The position numbers and the translations under genes are program-made. A stretch of DNA of 64,000 nucleotides, from the NCBI RefSeq assembly GCF_963921235.1, contig NC_086108.1, positions 62,312,001 to 62,376,000 on the forward strand. The letters run 5' to 3'. Shown here piece by piece: positions 11,985-24,459 of this stretch. The stretch's first letter is position 1, and the number at the start of each line of letters is the position of its first letter. The notes under the pieces were generated by a model. The model had not been told where the DNA came from. It saw only the letters and a program-made list of their open reading frames with translations, and did no database searches. Origin of the DNA: Mobula hypostoma. Its lineage: Eukaryota.

Positions 11985-14900
11985 ATTTAGAATTGGAATT
12001 GCAATTGGTTTATTGTTGTCACATGTTCTGATATACTCTTCATTCAGATCAAATCATTACACAGTGCTTTGAGGTAGTACAAGGTAAAAAAAATAACAAG
12101 ATGCAGAGTAAAGCGTAACAGCTACATAGAAAGTGCAGTGTTGGTAATTAAAAGGTGCAAACATAGAAACATAGAAAATAGGTGCAGGAGTAGACCATTC
12201 GGCCCTTTGAGCCTGCACCGCCATTCAGTATGATCATGGCTGATCATCCAACTCAGAACCCTGTACCTGCCTTCCCCCCATACCCCCGATCCCTTTATCC
12301 ACAAGGGCCATATCTAACTCCTTCTTAAATATCGCCAATGAACTGGCCTCAACTGTTTCCTGTGGCAGAGAATTTCACAGATTCACCACTCTCTGTGTGA
12401 AGAAGTTTTTCCTAATCTCGGTCCTAAAAGGCTTCCCCTTTATCCTCAAACTGTGACCCCTCGTTCAGGACTTCCCCAACATCGGGAACAATCTTCCTGC
12501 ATCTAGCCTGTCCAATCTCTTTAGGATTTTATATGTTTCAATAAGATCCCCGCTCAATCTTCTAAATTCCAACGAGTATAAGCCAAGTCAATCCAGTCTT
12601 TCCTCATATGAAAATCCTGCCATCCGAGGAATCAATCTGGTGAACCTTCTTTGTACTCCCTCTATGGCTAGGATTTCTTTCCTCAGATTAGGGGACCAGA
12701 ACTGCACACAATACTCCAGGTGTGGTCTCACCAAGGCCTTGTACAACTGCAGTAGTACCTCCCTGCTCCTGTACTCGAGTCCTCTTGCTATGAATGCCAG
12801 CATACCATTCGCCTTTTTCACCGCCTGCTGTACCTGCATGCCCACTTTCAATGACTGGTGTATAATGACACCCAGGTCTCGTTGCACCTCCCCTTTTCCT
12901 AATCGGCCACCATTCAGATAATAATCTGTTTTCCTGTTTTTGTTCCAAAGTGGATAACCTCACATTTATCCACATTAAATTGCATCTACCATGAATTTGC
13001 CCACTCACCTAATCTATCCAAGTCACCCTGCATCCTCTTACCATCCCCCTCACAGCTAACACTGCCGCCCAGCTTCGTGTCATCCGCAAACTTGGAGATG
13101 CTGCATTTAATTCCCTCATCCAAGTCATTAATATATATTGTAAACAACTGGGGTCCCAGCACTGAGCCTTGCGGTACCCCACTAGTCACTGCCTGCCATT
13201 CTGAAAAGGTCCCGTTTATTCCCACTCTTTGCTTCCTGTCTGCCAACCAATTCTCTATCCACATCAATACCATACCCCCAATACCGTGTGCTTTAAGTTT
13301 GCACACTAATCTCCGGTGTGGGACCTTGTCAAAAGCCTTTTGAAAATCCAAATATACCACATCCACTGGTTCTCCCCTATCCACTCTACTAGTTACATCC
13401 TCAAAAAATTCTATGAGATTCGTCAGACATGATTTTCCTTTCACAAATCCATGCTGACTTTGTCTGATGATTTCACCGCTTTCCAAATGTGCTGTTATCA
13501 CATTTTTGATAACTGACTCTAGCATTTTCCCCACCACCGATGTTAGGCTAACCGGTCTATTATCCCCTGGTTTCTCTTACCCTCCTTTTTTAAAAAGTGG
13601 GGTTACGTTAGCCACCCTCCAATCCTCAGGAACTCGTCCAGAATCTAAAGAGTTTTGAAGAATTATCACTAATGCATCCACTATTTCTTGGGCTACTTCC
13701 TTAAGCACTTTGGGATGCAGACCATCTGGCCCTGGGGATCTATCTGCCTTTAATCCCTTCAATTTACCTAACACCACTTCCCTACTAACATGTATTTCCC
13801 TCAGTTCCTCCATCTCACTGGACCCTCTGTCCCCTACTATTTCTGGAAGATTATTTACGTCCTCCTTAGTGAAGACAGAACCAAAGTAGTTATTCAATTA
13901 GTCTGCCATGTCCTTGCTCCCCATAATCAATTCACCTGTTTCTGTCTGTAGGGGACCTACATTTGTCTTAACCAATCTTCTTCTTTTCACATATTTATAA
14001 AAGCTTTTACGGTCAGTTTTATGTTCCCTGCCAGTTTTCTCTCATAATCTTTTTTCCCCTTCCTAATTAAGCCCTTTGTCCTCCTCTGCTGGACTCTAAA
14101 TTTCTCCCAGTCCTCAGGTGAGCCACTTTTTCTGGCTAATTTGTATGCTTCTTCTTTCGAATTGATACTATCCCTAATTTCCCTTGTCAGCCACGGGTGC
14201 ACTACCTTCCTTGATTTATTCTTTTGCCAAACTGAGATGAACAATTGTTGTAGTTCATCCACGCGATCTTTAAATGCTTGCCATTGCATATCCACCGTCA
14301 ACCCTTTAAGTGTCATTTGCCAGTCTATCTTAGCTAATTCACGTCTCATACCTTCAAATTTACCCTTCTTTAAGTTCAGAACCTTTGTTTCTGAATTAAC
14401 TATGTCACTCTCCATCTTAATGAAGAATTCCACCATATTATGGTCACTCTTACCCAAGGGGCTTCTCACGACAAGATTGCTAATTAACCCTTCCTCATTG
14501 CTCAATACCCAGTCTAGAATAGCCTGCTCTCTAGTTGGTTCCTCGACATGTTGGTTCAAAAAACCATCCCGCATACATTCCAAGAAATCCTCTTCCTCAG
14601 CACCCTTACCAATTTGATTCATCCAATCTATATGTAGATTGAAGTCACCCATTATAACGGCTGTTCCTTTATTGCACACTTTTCTAATTTCCTGTTTAAT
14701 ACCATCCCCAACCTCACTACTACTGTTAGGAGGCCTGTACACAACTCCCACCAGCGTCTTCTGCCCCTTAGTGTTATGCAGCTCTACCCATATCGATTCC
14801 ACATCCTCCCGGCTAATGTCCTTCCTTTCTATTGCGTTAATCTCCTCTCTAACCAGCAATGCTACCCCACCACCTTTTCTTTCATGTCTATCCCTCCTGA

Positions 14901-15630
14901 ATATTGAATATCCCTGAATGTTGAACTCCCATCCCTGGTCACCCTGGAGCCATGTCTCTGTGATCCCAACTATATCATATTCATTAATAACAATCTGCAC
15001 TTTTAATTCATCCACCTTGTTACGAATGCTCCTTGCATTGACACACAAAGCGTTCAGGCTCGCTTTTGCAACACTCTTATCCCTTATACAATTATGTTGA
15101 AGAGTGGCCCTTTTTGATTTTTGCCCTGGATTTGCCAGCCTGCCACTTTTACTTTTCACCTTACTACTTTTTGCTTCAACCCTCACTTTATACCCCTCTG
15201 TCTCTCTGCACTTGTTCCCAACCTCCTCTCTCCTAATCTCTTTAATTTGATTCTCACCCCTCAACAATTCTAGTTTAAAGTCACCTCAGTAGCCTCATAA
15301 TAAATTATTATGAGGTAGATTGTGAGGTCAAGAGTTCATTTTGCCATATAGGGAACCATTCAATAGTCTTATTAACAGTCAGGAAGGAACTATCCTTGAG
15401 CTATGCCATCCGTGCTTTCAGGCTTTAGTATCTCCTGTCTGACAGAAGAGGGAAGAAGAGAGAATGTCCAGGTTACCTGGGGTCTTTGATTTTGCTGGCT
15501 GCTTTACTGATGCTGCGAGAAGTATAGGCAGAATCAGGGGAGGCTGGTTTCCATGATGTGCTGAGTTGTGCCTACCACTCTCTCACATGGAGCAGCTGCC
15601 ACGCCACGCTGTAATGAATCAAGGTGGTTA
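11985..15630 (-). mobile_element. Old Rex1/Babar-like LINE 3' fragment (11985-12159 and 15298-15630) hosting the CR1 insertion
   Basis: Tail-like GAATTG repeats and TTTATTGT at the left end. Degenerate LINE sequence resumes after 15297. Boundaries are approximate. Confidence 0.6.
12160..15297 (-). mobile_element. Young CR1 LINE, 5'-truncated, with near-complete ORF2 (APE endonuclease and RT)
   Basis: 13987-15267 encodes the endonuclease (NARSIRNK, VGITETW, GVVYRPP, MGDFN, SDHN). 12986-13537 encodes RT (YLDFQKAFDKV, SGVPQGSVLGP, KFADDTK). The 3' tail is (TTCTATGT)2. Only about 4 inactivating lesions. Confidence 0.97.
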
Positions 15631-17539
15631 TGCATCCTCCTAAATGTAATGTTTCTGGTGGTTTTCTGGCTGCTGCTGGATAGGAGTTAAATGTCTGCAA
15701 ACCCACCTGAGTGAATGATGCTGGAGAAAGATGGTATGGTCAATTAAATTAAAGCACATATACAAGGATAAGCAAGCCAACCTGAGTGCCCTCTCCTAGT
15801 CCAAAATCTCCAGCGCTGAAGACTGAGGTATACCAAGTCAGTTATGTTCAGCACACTGCCAAGTTCGCTATCACTGTGGTGTGCTTCAGAGTTGAGTTTT
15901 AGACATCAGTGTTTAATACATCTGAGAGATGAAAACAATGACCATATTTGATTAGAATATATTCTGTGCAGCAATTGAAGAACCTAAAAGAAAACCTGTA
16001 TTGCTGATTGAGTCACAAAAGAAGTTGAAGTAAATACTTTCTGGAGATTTAAGAGTCGGTTATTACTCATACAATTGTTTTGTCAGTCTGAGATCAGATT
16101 TATAATATTACATTAACCCAAGGTTGTTTGTTATGTTGAGTTGTTCAAAGAAAGGAGAAACTAGATAGCAAATTTGCAATTCCATAACCTTGAACAAATA
16201 TTTATTCTTTTAAAGTAGAATTCACTTTTATACTTAACAAATCACTGCATTTTCTACTTACTGATTTGCAGTGTTTATTAGAGCAATATCCTTCCTGGCA
16301 ATAGTTTAAAACCCATCAATAAGTAAATTTACTCTGAACAATTGCCTGCCTTTTCTGAAAATTTAACCAATGAATAGTCCATTATTTGTTGTTGAAGTGC
16401 AGTTATTGTTATGTAGAGAAGCACATAAATTAATTTGCATACAGCAAAATCCCAAAAACAGTCATGAGTGTTATGACCGAGAATATATTTGCTGAATTTG
16501 TAGTTAAGAGGATTCAAAACTAACTTTACATTATGAGAATTGAACTGATTGGATTAATCTATAAGGAGCTAGCAGTGACGATGAATTGAGTGGTCTCTTT
16601 CTGTATTTAGAAATTCTATGATTCTGCTTGTAAAGTATTAAATAGCATGGTAAGAAAGGGGCAAATAACAATTTGAATAGGTCTACCAAAAGGTTGGTGT
16701 GTATGTATCTGACCAAATGATGCTGTATCATATCCTGATGCTGCAGGCAACTTGTTATTTTGCAATTTTTCCATGTTAAATTAGGACATTAAGAATAACT
16801 TTGAGGGCACCTTATTTTTCTACAAATAGTACCACAGGATCTTTCATTGCCACTGTAAACTGAGCCTTAGACCAAAGATAAAATATTTGAAAAGAACTGT
16901 TATTTAATCAATAAAGCTAAATGAGCACTATGGCCTGGTATGTGCTGTGAATTAATAAAACATTCCTGAAAGATTAGTGAACTAAGTGGTCTGAAGATCT
17001 TCAGTATGAAGATAACTTATCTCTCAGTTATCTTGCTTATTGTGTGACACCAGCACACATTTCAGTTTTAAACTGCCATTTAACCTAATGTGCTACTCAT
17101 ATGATACAAATTAACTAGGCCAATATCAACACAAAAGCAAATTCACAAATGGTTCAAGGCAAATTTCAATTCTATTTGCTTTCAGTACAAAACTAACAAG
17201 GCTGTTGATTGCTCAATTTGTTATTCAGAAAAGTGGGAAAAAAAGAGACAATCTAACATCTTATTGATTAATTCTGAAAGCTAGAATGAAACTATCAATA
17301 GAAAAAAAATCCTGAATACATGAAAGAAGATGAAAGTTCAAGGTACTGAACTAACTGCTACCAATTGATAATTAGGCATTGATGAATATAATCAAACATT
17401 GATAATAACCAATAATACTAAGTCAGAAGATGAGAGAGTAAGGTCCTAATAAATAAATATAACTAATGAAATACAGAATGTTTGCAGCCATGATATCAAT
17501 GGCTTTCAAAGATCGTGGTACTTTTACCTCTTATTTGAA

Positions 17540-17760
17540 ACTTGTGGATTCAATACCTCTCCAGAGACCTGGCAATTCTTTTGGTGTTGGGTGTATTTAA
17601 AGTGCAGGTTGCTAGGTCCTTGATTAGTCAGGGGATCATAGGTTACCAGGAGAAGGCAGGAAGATGATGTTGAATGGGATTATAAATCAGCCATGTAAAG
17701 CAGACTCAATGGGCTGAATGGCCTACTTCTGATCCTATGTCTTATGGTCTTGTGGTCTTG
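17540..17760 (+). mobile_element. CR1 3'-end fragment
   Basis: Typical 3' end ATGGGCTGAATGGCCTACTTCT...TATGTCTTATGGTC. Similar ends occur at about 38780-38865, 44090-44440, 59125-59332 and 62280-62360. Confidence 0.75.
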
Positions 17761-18399
17761 TCAGTCACTAAAATGACAGATTCTTTATGCCATTGTTGGT
17801 TTTGCTTCCTTGCCACATCTACCGTGTTGTATTTTAATAACACTTCATTGGCTGTAAATAGTTTTTGGCTTCATGGAATAACTGCAATATTTTTGGTCCA
17901 ATCTTTTGTACGTAATTTATTGCTCTGATTAACACTACTGTGTATAGGTTAAACGGGATGAAGGATTAAACCTGAACAAGATCAGTTATCAATGAAGAGC
18001 TTTGTAAATTTCATCATTACTACATTTGTTGGAGCAAGTAAAGAAATAGGCCTTTTCATCTCTTCTAGTAACATTTCTCATAGCTAACCATTCAGAATAG
18101 TTTCCTTTGATGTGGTGACTTTGAGAGCGGTATTGAGGAGAACAGTGTAGAAATTATGTGGTGCACGATATCAAAGAATCAGGATGTAAAGTCTGAAAAT
18201 TAACAGTATCATGTGGCAGGTCAGAATATAGTTTCACTTCAACAGGTCTCTAATGCATTCCTGCTGGCTTCTCAATTATCCTGTCTTGTGTGCTTAACTT
18301 TTTTTTACCTACTTCTCTACATCTGCTTTACTTTCAGTTGGGCTGTAGTGGGTGGAATGGTACTCTGTAGTGGGTGGACTCTGAGTATGTTTCCAAGCT

Positions 18400-19570
18400 T
18401 CAGCCTTTTGTCAGGCCTGCAGTGGAAATTGTCCTCAGTGGCTCCCTTCCTATTGTCTGTCCTAATTACTCATGCTTTCCCACCACCCCCTTGTTCTCAT
18501 CTCCAACCTCTTCAAATTTCCATAACCTGATACGCTCCTATCACCCCCTCACCTTCATCACCATCCTAACTCTTTTTCCTTGAGCAACAGACTTAGTATC
18601 TCTCCCCTTTCTTCTTTCGCAGGATGAGAATAAGAGCTGTAGCAGTTCCCCATTCTAACTTAGTCCTCTCAAGCGTGGTTCCTCAAAGCCCAAGAAAAAC
18701 CAAAACAATTTCAGTTAAACAAAAATGATGAGCCAAAGAAAGAAGCACTGAGAAGGAGTAAAGTGGCTCAGTAAAATTGATGGGCTTCAATGAGGTTTAT
18801 TTTTAAAAAAAGCACTGGGAATTGGAGGGGTGGATGTTTATTGCAAGAATTCAATCCCACTCTTTCCTGCTTTCCACAGGAACCACTCTCTCTGTGGCTC
18901 CCTGGTTCACTCATCTTTCCCCACCCATGTCTTCCCCTCTTTGGGCATTTTTCCCCCTGCAAATATAGGAGGTACAACACCTGTCCCTTTGCCTCCTCTC
19001 TCACTACCATCCAGAGACCTAAACAAGTGAGGCAGTGATAAAACATACATCACCTCCAGCCTTGCTGATTGGATGCTCTTGATGTGGCCGCTTCTACATT
19101 GGTGAGATGAAGCACAGACTAGGCAATCAATTTGCCAAGAACCTACTCTCTGTTCACCATGGATGTCAGGAGCTCCTGGTTAATTTCCATTCCCATTTCC
19201 ATACCACTCTTCCTGTCTTTGTCCTCCTCCCATTCCAGGGTGAAGCCAAATGCTAACTAAAGGAATGTGAATTTTCCAATTTTAGGTAACATGCTCCCTC
19301 TCCATCTCTTTTTCTCTCCTCTTGCTCCACTCAATCCTCCACCTCTGTCTCCGATGACCATGTTTCTTACCCCTTCTCCCCACTGCATCTACCCATCACC
19401 CACACACTCCTCTCACTGGGTCCCCTGCCCCTCCTTTTTCCATCTGCCCACCCCAATTTGCTCATTTGGTTTTGTGTTCCATTTACCTTTCCTATTTGAT
19501 TCTATGAACTGCAACCCTTTGTTGCCTTTACATATCTCCGCCAATCGTCTATGGCTATTTCCTCTACCAT
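18400..19570 (+). mobile_element. Decayed Penelope-like fragments
   Basis: Remnant PCKYRRYNTCPFASSLTTIQRPKQVRQ is homologous to the 29403 and 31503 copies and is followed by a pyrimidine-rich 3' region. Confidence 0.7.
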
Positions 19571-20349
19571 TTACCTTCATACCAAAAATGAGCAGCCTAT
19601 GTTTATCTGAATTAAACTCCATCTGCCATTCCTCAGCCCATTGGCCAAATTGATCAAAATCCCACGATTTTACATAACATTCTTCACTGTCTACTGCACC
19701 ACCAATTTTAGCAGTGATACTTGCAAACTCACTAATATTCTCATCCATATTGTTGATATATATTATAGTAGAGAAAAACACAGAGAGAAAGGGACGTCAC
19801 TATAAAGGAAGTTATACAAAACTGAATATTGGATGAGCTGTTTTACAAGGGCTGAACATTATGCTACTCAAGTGACATTACAGAAGAATGCTCAGCTCTT
19901 GGTAGATACTGAAATCCAATTAGAATCAGTAATAGGAAAAGAGGTGAGCATTTTAGGTCATATTAGTGGTCACATTCAGTAGATTAGTATCCTCCATGAC
20001 TTAGCATGACTGGACACTAGACTTACAATCCAAAAGAACAGAAACATCAAGACAGTCAAATGAGATGGTGGAGAACAGTTAGGAATAATGGAAGAGTATG
20101 ACACATGGTGTCATACTCAGTTTCTACTAAAATGCTAAATTGTCAATTCTACAGGTTATCCCTTTTATCCAGTTACGTTTTTGTTTTGTGGTCTCAACTT
20201 TCTTTTCGATTTATGTTGAATTTGCCCTCTTTGCCTGGAACTGTTCAACAGCAGTGATTACTCAATACCCACACTTGAAGTAAAAGGCGGGCACTCAAAT
20301 GCCATTGAATAATATGGGTATCTCTGCAGGGTTTTCTAAACTAATTAAA

Positions 20350-21194
20350 TGTAACTCTCACTGGGCTTGCATACAAACCTGGCTTGTTAACTGACTGTGC
20401 TAACAGCCATGCAACTCAGCAGTGAGAAGGCCACATTTCATAATTAATATAAGCAGTGTGATTTAGGGTTCAACCAAACAGGAAAGTTGGGATTTTCCAA
20501 TTTAGAAACATAGGTTACAGTGAATGCTGTGTAAATACTGCTCCATGCAAAGTTATTGTTTGCCAGAAAATTAACAAATCACACACAGGCATAAAATTAC
20601 AGAGGAAATATACTTACCAAATTTTCAACTTTAACATACAGTTTCAGAAAAATAAAAGGGCCCACTACAATTAAATCAGTCCAAGGTACCCATAAACATT
20701 GGAGCTCATTTGTGGAGTAGTCAGATGTATTGCTTTACTCACGCGCTGAACTTACTTTCTGTGTGCAGGACACCAGCCACAGTTCGAATTTGTCTCAAAG
20801 ACCATCTCAAACGAGCTGACTCTCTCAGGAGGATCAGCACTTACTCCTTGGAGCCATTCGTCTGCGCAAAGCATTTCTTACAATGGAGTCTCTCCTTTTA
20901 ACAGCATTCTGAGGCATCTTCCCTCGTGCTTTGTTCAGCAGGTCCCGCCAAAGGACCCTTTACCAGACTACTGTCCCTCAGAAATCTCATCCCACCCAGC
21001 TCTCCCAAAACTTACGCTAGGCAGAAAGTTACAACTGGATGGCACAACATTCCTAAGTTGGACAGACAACTTGTCTGCTTATCTTTAGCTGAAGTCAAAA
21101 CATTATTATTAACAGGACACACTGCTTTTACAGAAAACTGCTAAAGTAAAATACTTCACAGCATAGCAGTAGAAATCTTAATCAGGGCAATACA
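20350..21194. mobile_element. Solo LTR (845 bp)
   Basis: TGTAAC...AATACA ends flanked by a perfect 4-bp TSD, TAAA (20346-20349, 21195-21198). It shares the TGTAACTCTC start and an AAAAGGGCCCA motif with 21461-22070. Confidence 0.7.
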
Positions 21195-21332
21195 TAAATA
21201 TATTGTGCTGAGAACAATGCAAAATTAAATTAAGTCTCTTCAGCCTGCACATGATCTATATTCCTCCATTCCCTGCTTAGGGACTGTTGTATTTTCTTCT
21301 ATCACTACTCCTAGCAGCTCATTCCAGGCAGC

Positions 21333-22310
21333 AAGTTCAAGTTCAAGTTCAGTTTATTGTCCTTTAACCATACACATGTATACCGCTAAACAAAACAACA
21401 TTCCTCAGGCCTAAGGAAAACAACACAGTACATATACTCACACACAACACGCAAAGTAATTGTAACTCTCGCTTCGGCTAGTGGCTTAATATAGGGGTTG
21501 ATATCCTGTGGCCTGGCCAAACTTAAGAAATCTCGTTTGAGTGGATGCTGCACAGTGTCCCCTGTTACAAATCAGTACCCCGAAATAACAAACAGGACAT
21601 AATATGCGATTAAACGATTAAGCTTTATAATTCTTACTTTGACTATATGGTTAGTAAAGAAACGAAAAAAAGAAAAAAAAGGGCCCAATCTTATTAAACA
21701 GTCTGTTGCGCGAAGTTGGAACTCACTGATAAGTTGATTGTTCATCATTGACCTCCTCCAATCGTCGCTGCCCTTCAGATCCTTGCTCCAAGTCCACCCC
21801 ATCCGGCGGTCTACCAAATCTTTCCATTTGCATCTTCTCTCCTCATCTCTCCCCGGCAAAAGCCTGCGAAAACTCTCCTTCCAGATTCACAAGACAGGGC
21901 AACAAAATCCTGATTGGCTAACATGCACACTACAGTCCAGTTATCTCCAGCCATAACCCAAACATTGCTGCTACAGAGAAACCATTACCTTGGCAGTGAA
22001 CATTACAGAAAAGCTATTTCATTTGCCTTAGCAGTGAAACATTACAGAGAAGCCATTGCAGCGCGTTACATAATATTGCCACAAGTAAATTAACTAATAA
22101 TAAGGTGTGTTTACAACAGAAGTTAAAAAGTGAATAGTATAATGCGACTGGTGCTTTGTAAGTGGTGAGGCCTGGGTGGTGGCAGGGAGTTCGGTAGTCT
22201 CACGGCCTGGGGATGGAAGCTGTTTACCATCCTAACAGTCCTTGTTCTAATGGTACAATACCTACTGCCTGATGGTAGGGGGTCAAAGAGATTGTTGAAT
22301 GGAGGGACAG
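21333..22310 (-). mobile_element. Rex1/Babar LINE 3' fragment with (AAGTTC)n tail, inserted in an old CR1 fragment and hosting a solo LTR
   Basis: (AAGTTC)3 followed by TTTATTGT at the left end. Degenerate CR1 3' sequence flanks it at about 21205-21332 and 22311-22450. Confidence 0.7.
21461..22070. mobile_element. Solo LTR (610 bp)
   Basis: Perfect 6-bp inverted termini TGTAAC...GTTACA and a perfect 4-bp TSD, TAAT (21457-21460, 22071-22074). Short internal repeats at about 21970-22060. Confidence 0.88.
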
Positions 22311-22454
22311 AATGACTTAAAGTCCCCTCACATTTCTTTTTAACACTTCCACCTCAACTTAAATGCCTGTCCTCTACTGCATGACATTTCTACACTGGGA
22401 AACAGACTCTGACTGGTTACCCTATCTATGCCTCTCATCATTATATAAATTAAA

Positions 22455-23580
22455 AAGACATGGTTTGACCAAGAGCAGTCAGTCTGGCTTTGGTAAAGCA
22501 AAAATTTTTGCAAAAGCAACAAGGGATGCTGATGATAGTGTGCATTTGACCTACGTGGGCTTCAGCAAGATTTTTGGCAAGGTTTCACTTGCCAGACAAT
22601 GGCTGTGATGAGATCAAAGAAAGGTGACATTGGATCCCACAGTTTTCTCTGTGACAAGAGGCAAGGAATAATGGTCAGTGGGTGTTTTGTAAACTGGAAA
22701 GTTGTTACAACTGGGGTTACACAGGATTAGAGTCATACAGGCCAGAAGCAGGTTTGGGAGCCCTTAGGCCTACTGCATCCATGCTGATCATTAAGCACCC
22801 ATCTACACAAATCATATTTCCCCACTCTTGGTCTGTAATATTCTATGCCATGATGAGTCACCTATTCATAGTTACTTCCTCAATGATATGAGATTGCCTG
22901 TTGTCATGACCCCTCAGGCAGTGTACTCTGGACTCCAAGCATTCTCTAGGTGAATAAATTATTCCTCTGATTAACCTTAAGCATATTCTTTTTGCCTTCT
23001 AGTTTTCGATAACCTAACTTTGAAGAAATGTTACTTACTATGTATCCTATCTATCCCCCCGCCCCCCCCAAAGATATTAGGAGCTCCTCAGATTCCTCTG
23101 CTGCAAGGAAAAATGAAAAGCCCAGTTTATTCAGATTCTCCTCATCATCAACACTTTCCAGTTCGGGCAATTTGTGCTGAATTCTGCAGTCCTTTCTATA
23201 TTGTGGCAACCAGAACTGCACAAAGAAACTCCATTTGTGATGTAAACAATCTTTTAGAAAAGTGTACCATGACCTACTAGCTGTTAATAAAGTCAGTAAG
23301 TCTTCTTCATCTCCTTGTCTACCTATACTGCTATCCTCAGGGAACATTGGACTTGTACATCCAGGTCCCTTATTCTACAATACTCCCCAGACCCATCCCG
23401 TTCATGATGCATGTCTCCTACCCTCGTTACCTCACACTAATTAGGATTAAATCCGATCTGCCATTGCTCTGCCCATTTTAGCAACTGACCAATAGTGTTC
23501 TGCAACCGAAGATGACCCTGATCATAATCAACGTCATCAATAATTTTCATGCACCTGTGAACATATTAATTCACATCTAG
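22455..23580. mobile_element. Cluster of old CR1 fragments (+ strand about 22455-22725, - strand about 22730-23580)
   Basis: RT remnant TYVGFSKIFGKV on the plus strand; VQFWLPQYRKD-like remnant on the minus strand. Confidence 0.65.
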
Positions 23581-23604
23581 ATCATAACTCTACATTCTCA
23601 GTAG

Positions 23605-23850
23605 TGTAATGGAAATGCAGCGGTTAGAGTAACGCTATTGCAGAGTCTGTGACTGGGGTCCAGTTCCCACTGCTGTCTGTAAAGAGTTTTGTATGTCCCC
23701 CTGTGACCACGTGGGTCCCTTCAGGAGCTCCAGTTTCCTCCCACATTCCAAAGACAGTAAGATATGCCGGTTAATTGGTCACATGGGTGTAATTGGGTGG
23801 CACGGGCTCATTGGGCCAGGGGGGCCCGTTACCGTGCTGTACCTTTAAAC
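23605..23850 (+). mobile_element. tRNA-derived V-SINE/HE1-like SINE
   Basis: tRNA-like head, central GTTTCCTCCCACATTCCAAAGAC and GGTTAATTGG motifs, and an A-rich tail. Confidence 0.75.
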
Positions 23851-24002
23851 AAAAATTGAAAAAAGGAACGTTCACATCAAAGACCCTTGAACTGTGAACT
23901 GAGATACAAGTGCCTCAATTAAGATGTCTCCAACTGATGTCAATTAGATGTGTGAGAAGATATCAAGGAGCAAGTTGGATGGATAGTGAAGGTTTACATG
24001 TG

Positions 24003-24459
24003 TGAGGGGTGATTGATAGGTTCGTGGCCTAAGGTAGAAGGAGATGAGTTATACAGCTCTCGTTACATGCACGTGCAGTTCAACTATTTTAGTGATTATT
24101 CAGGAAGTTTTGAAGTTAATAACTCAGTTAATAATTCATCAGGGGTGATTGATAAGTTCGTGGCCTAAGGTAGAAGGAGATGAGTTATTAACTTTAAACT
24201 TTCTGCATAATCACTCAAAGAATTGAACTGCATGTGCATGTAACAAGAGCTGTATAACTCATCTCCTTCTATCTTAGGCCACGAACTTATCAATCACCCC
24301 TGTTGTGGACACTTTCTGGAGGTCCAAGATCCGTATGCTCCAGGACCGCTGAACTAAGTGTATAAATGTAGGAGGGGACTATGTTGAAAAATAAATGTGC
24401 TCGGTTTTCTAAAATTGACTCTTTCTACCTTAGTCCACAAACTTATCAATCACCTCTCG
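24003..24459 (+). mobile_element. Non-autonomous mariner derivative (MITE) with four TIR copies
   Basis: TIR (C/T)GAGGGGTGATTGATAAGTTCGTGGCCTAAGGTAGAAGGAG, with TA at the right flank (24460-24461). Mariner transposase C-terminal remnant DR*TKCINVGGDYVEK* at about 24344-24394. Confidence 0.9.

Noticed and set aside
12640..15100. Plus-strand ORFs over the CR1 (and similar shadow ORFs over the Gypsy and Rex1 elements)
   Set aside because: They are antisense shadows of retroelement coding frames.
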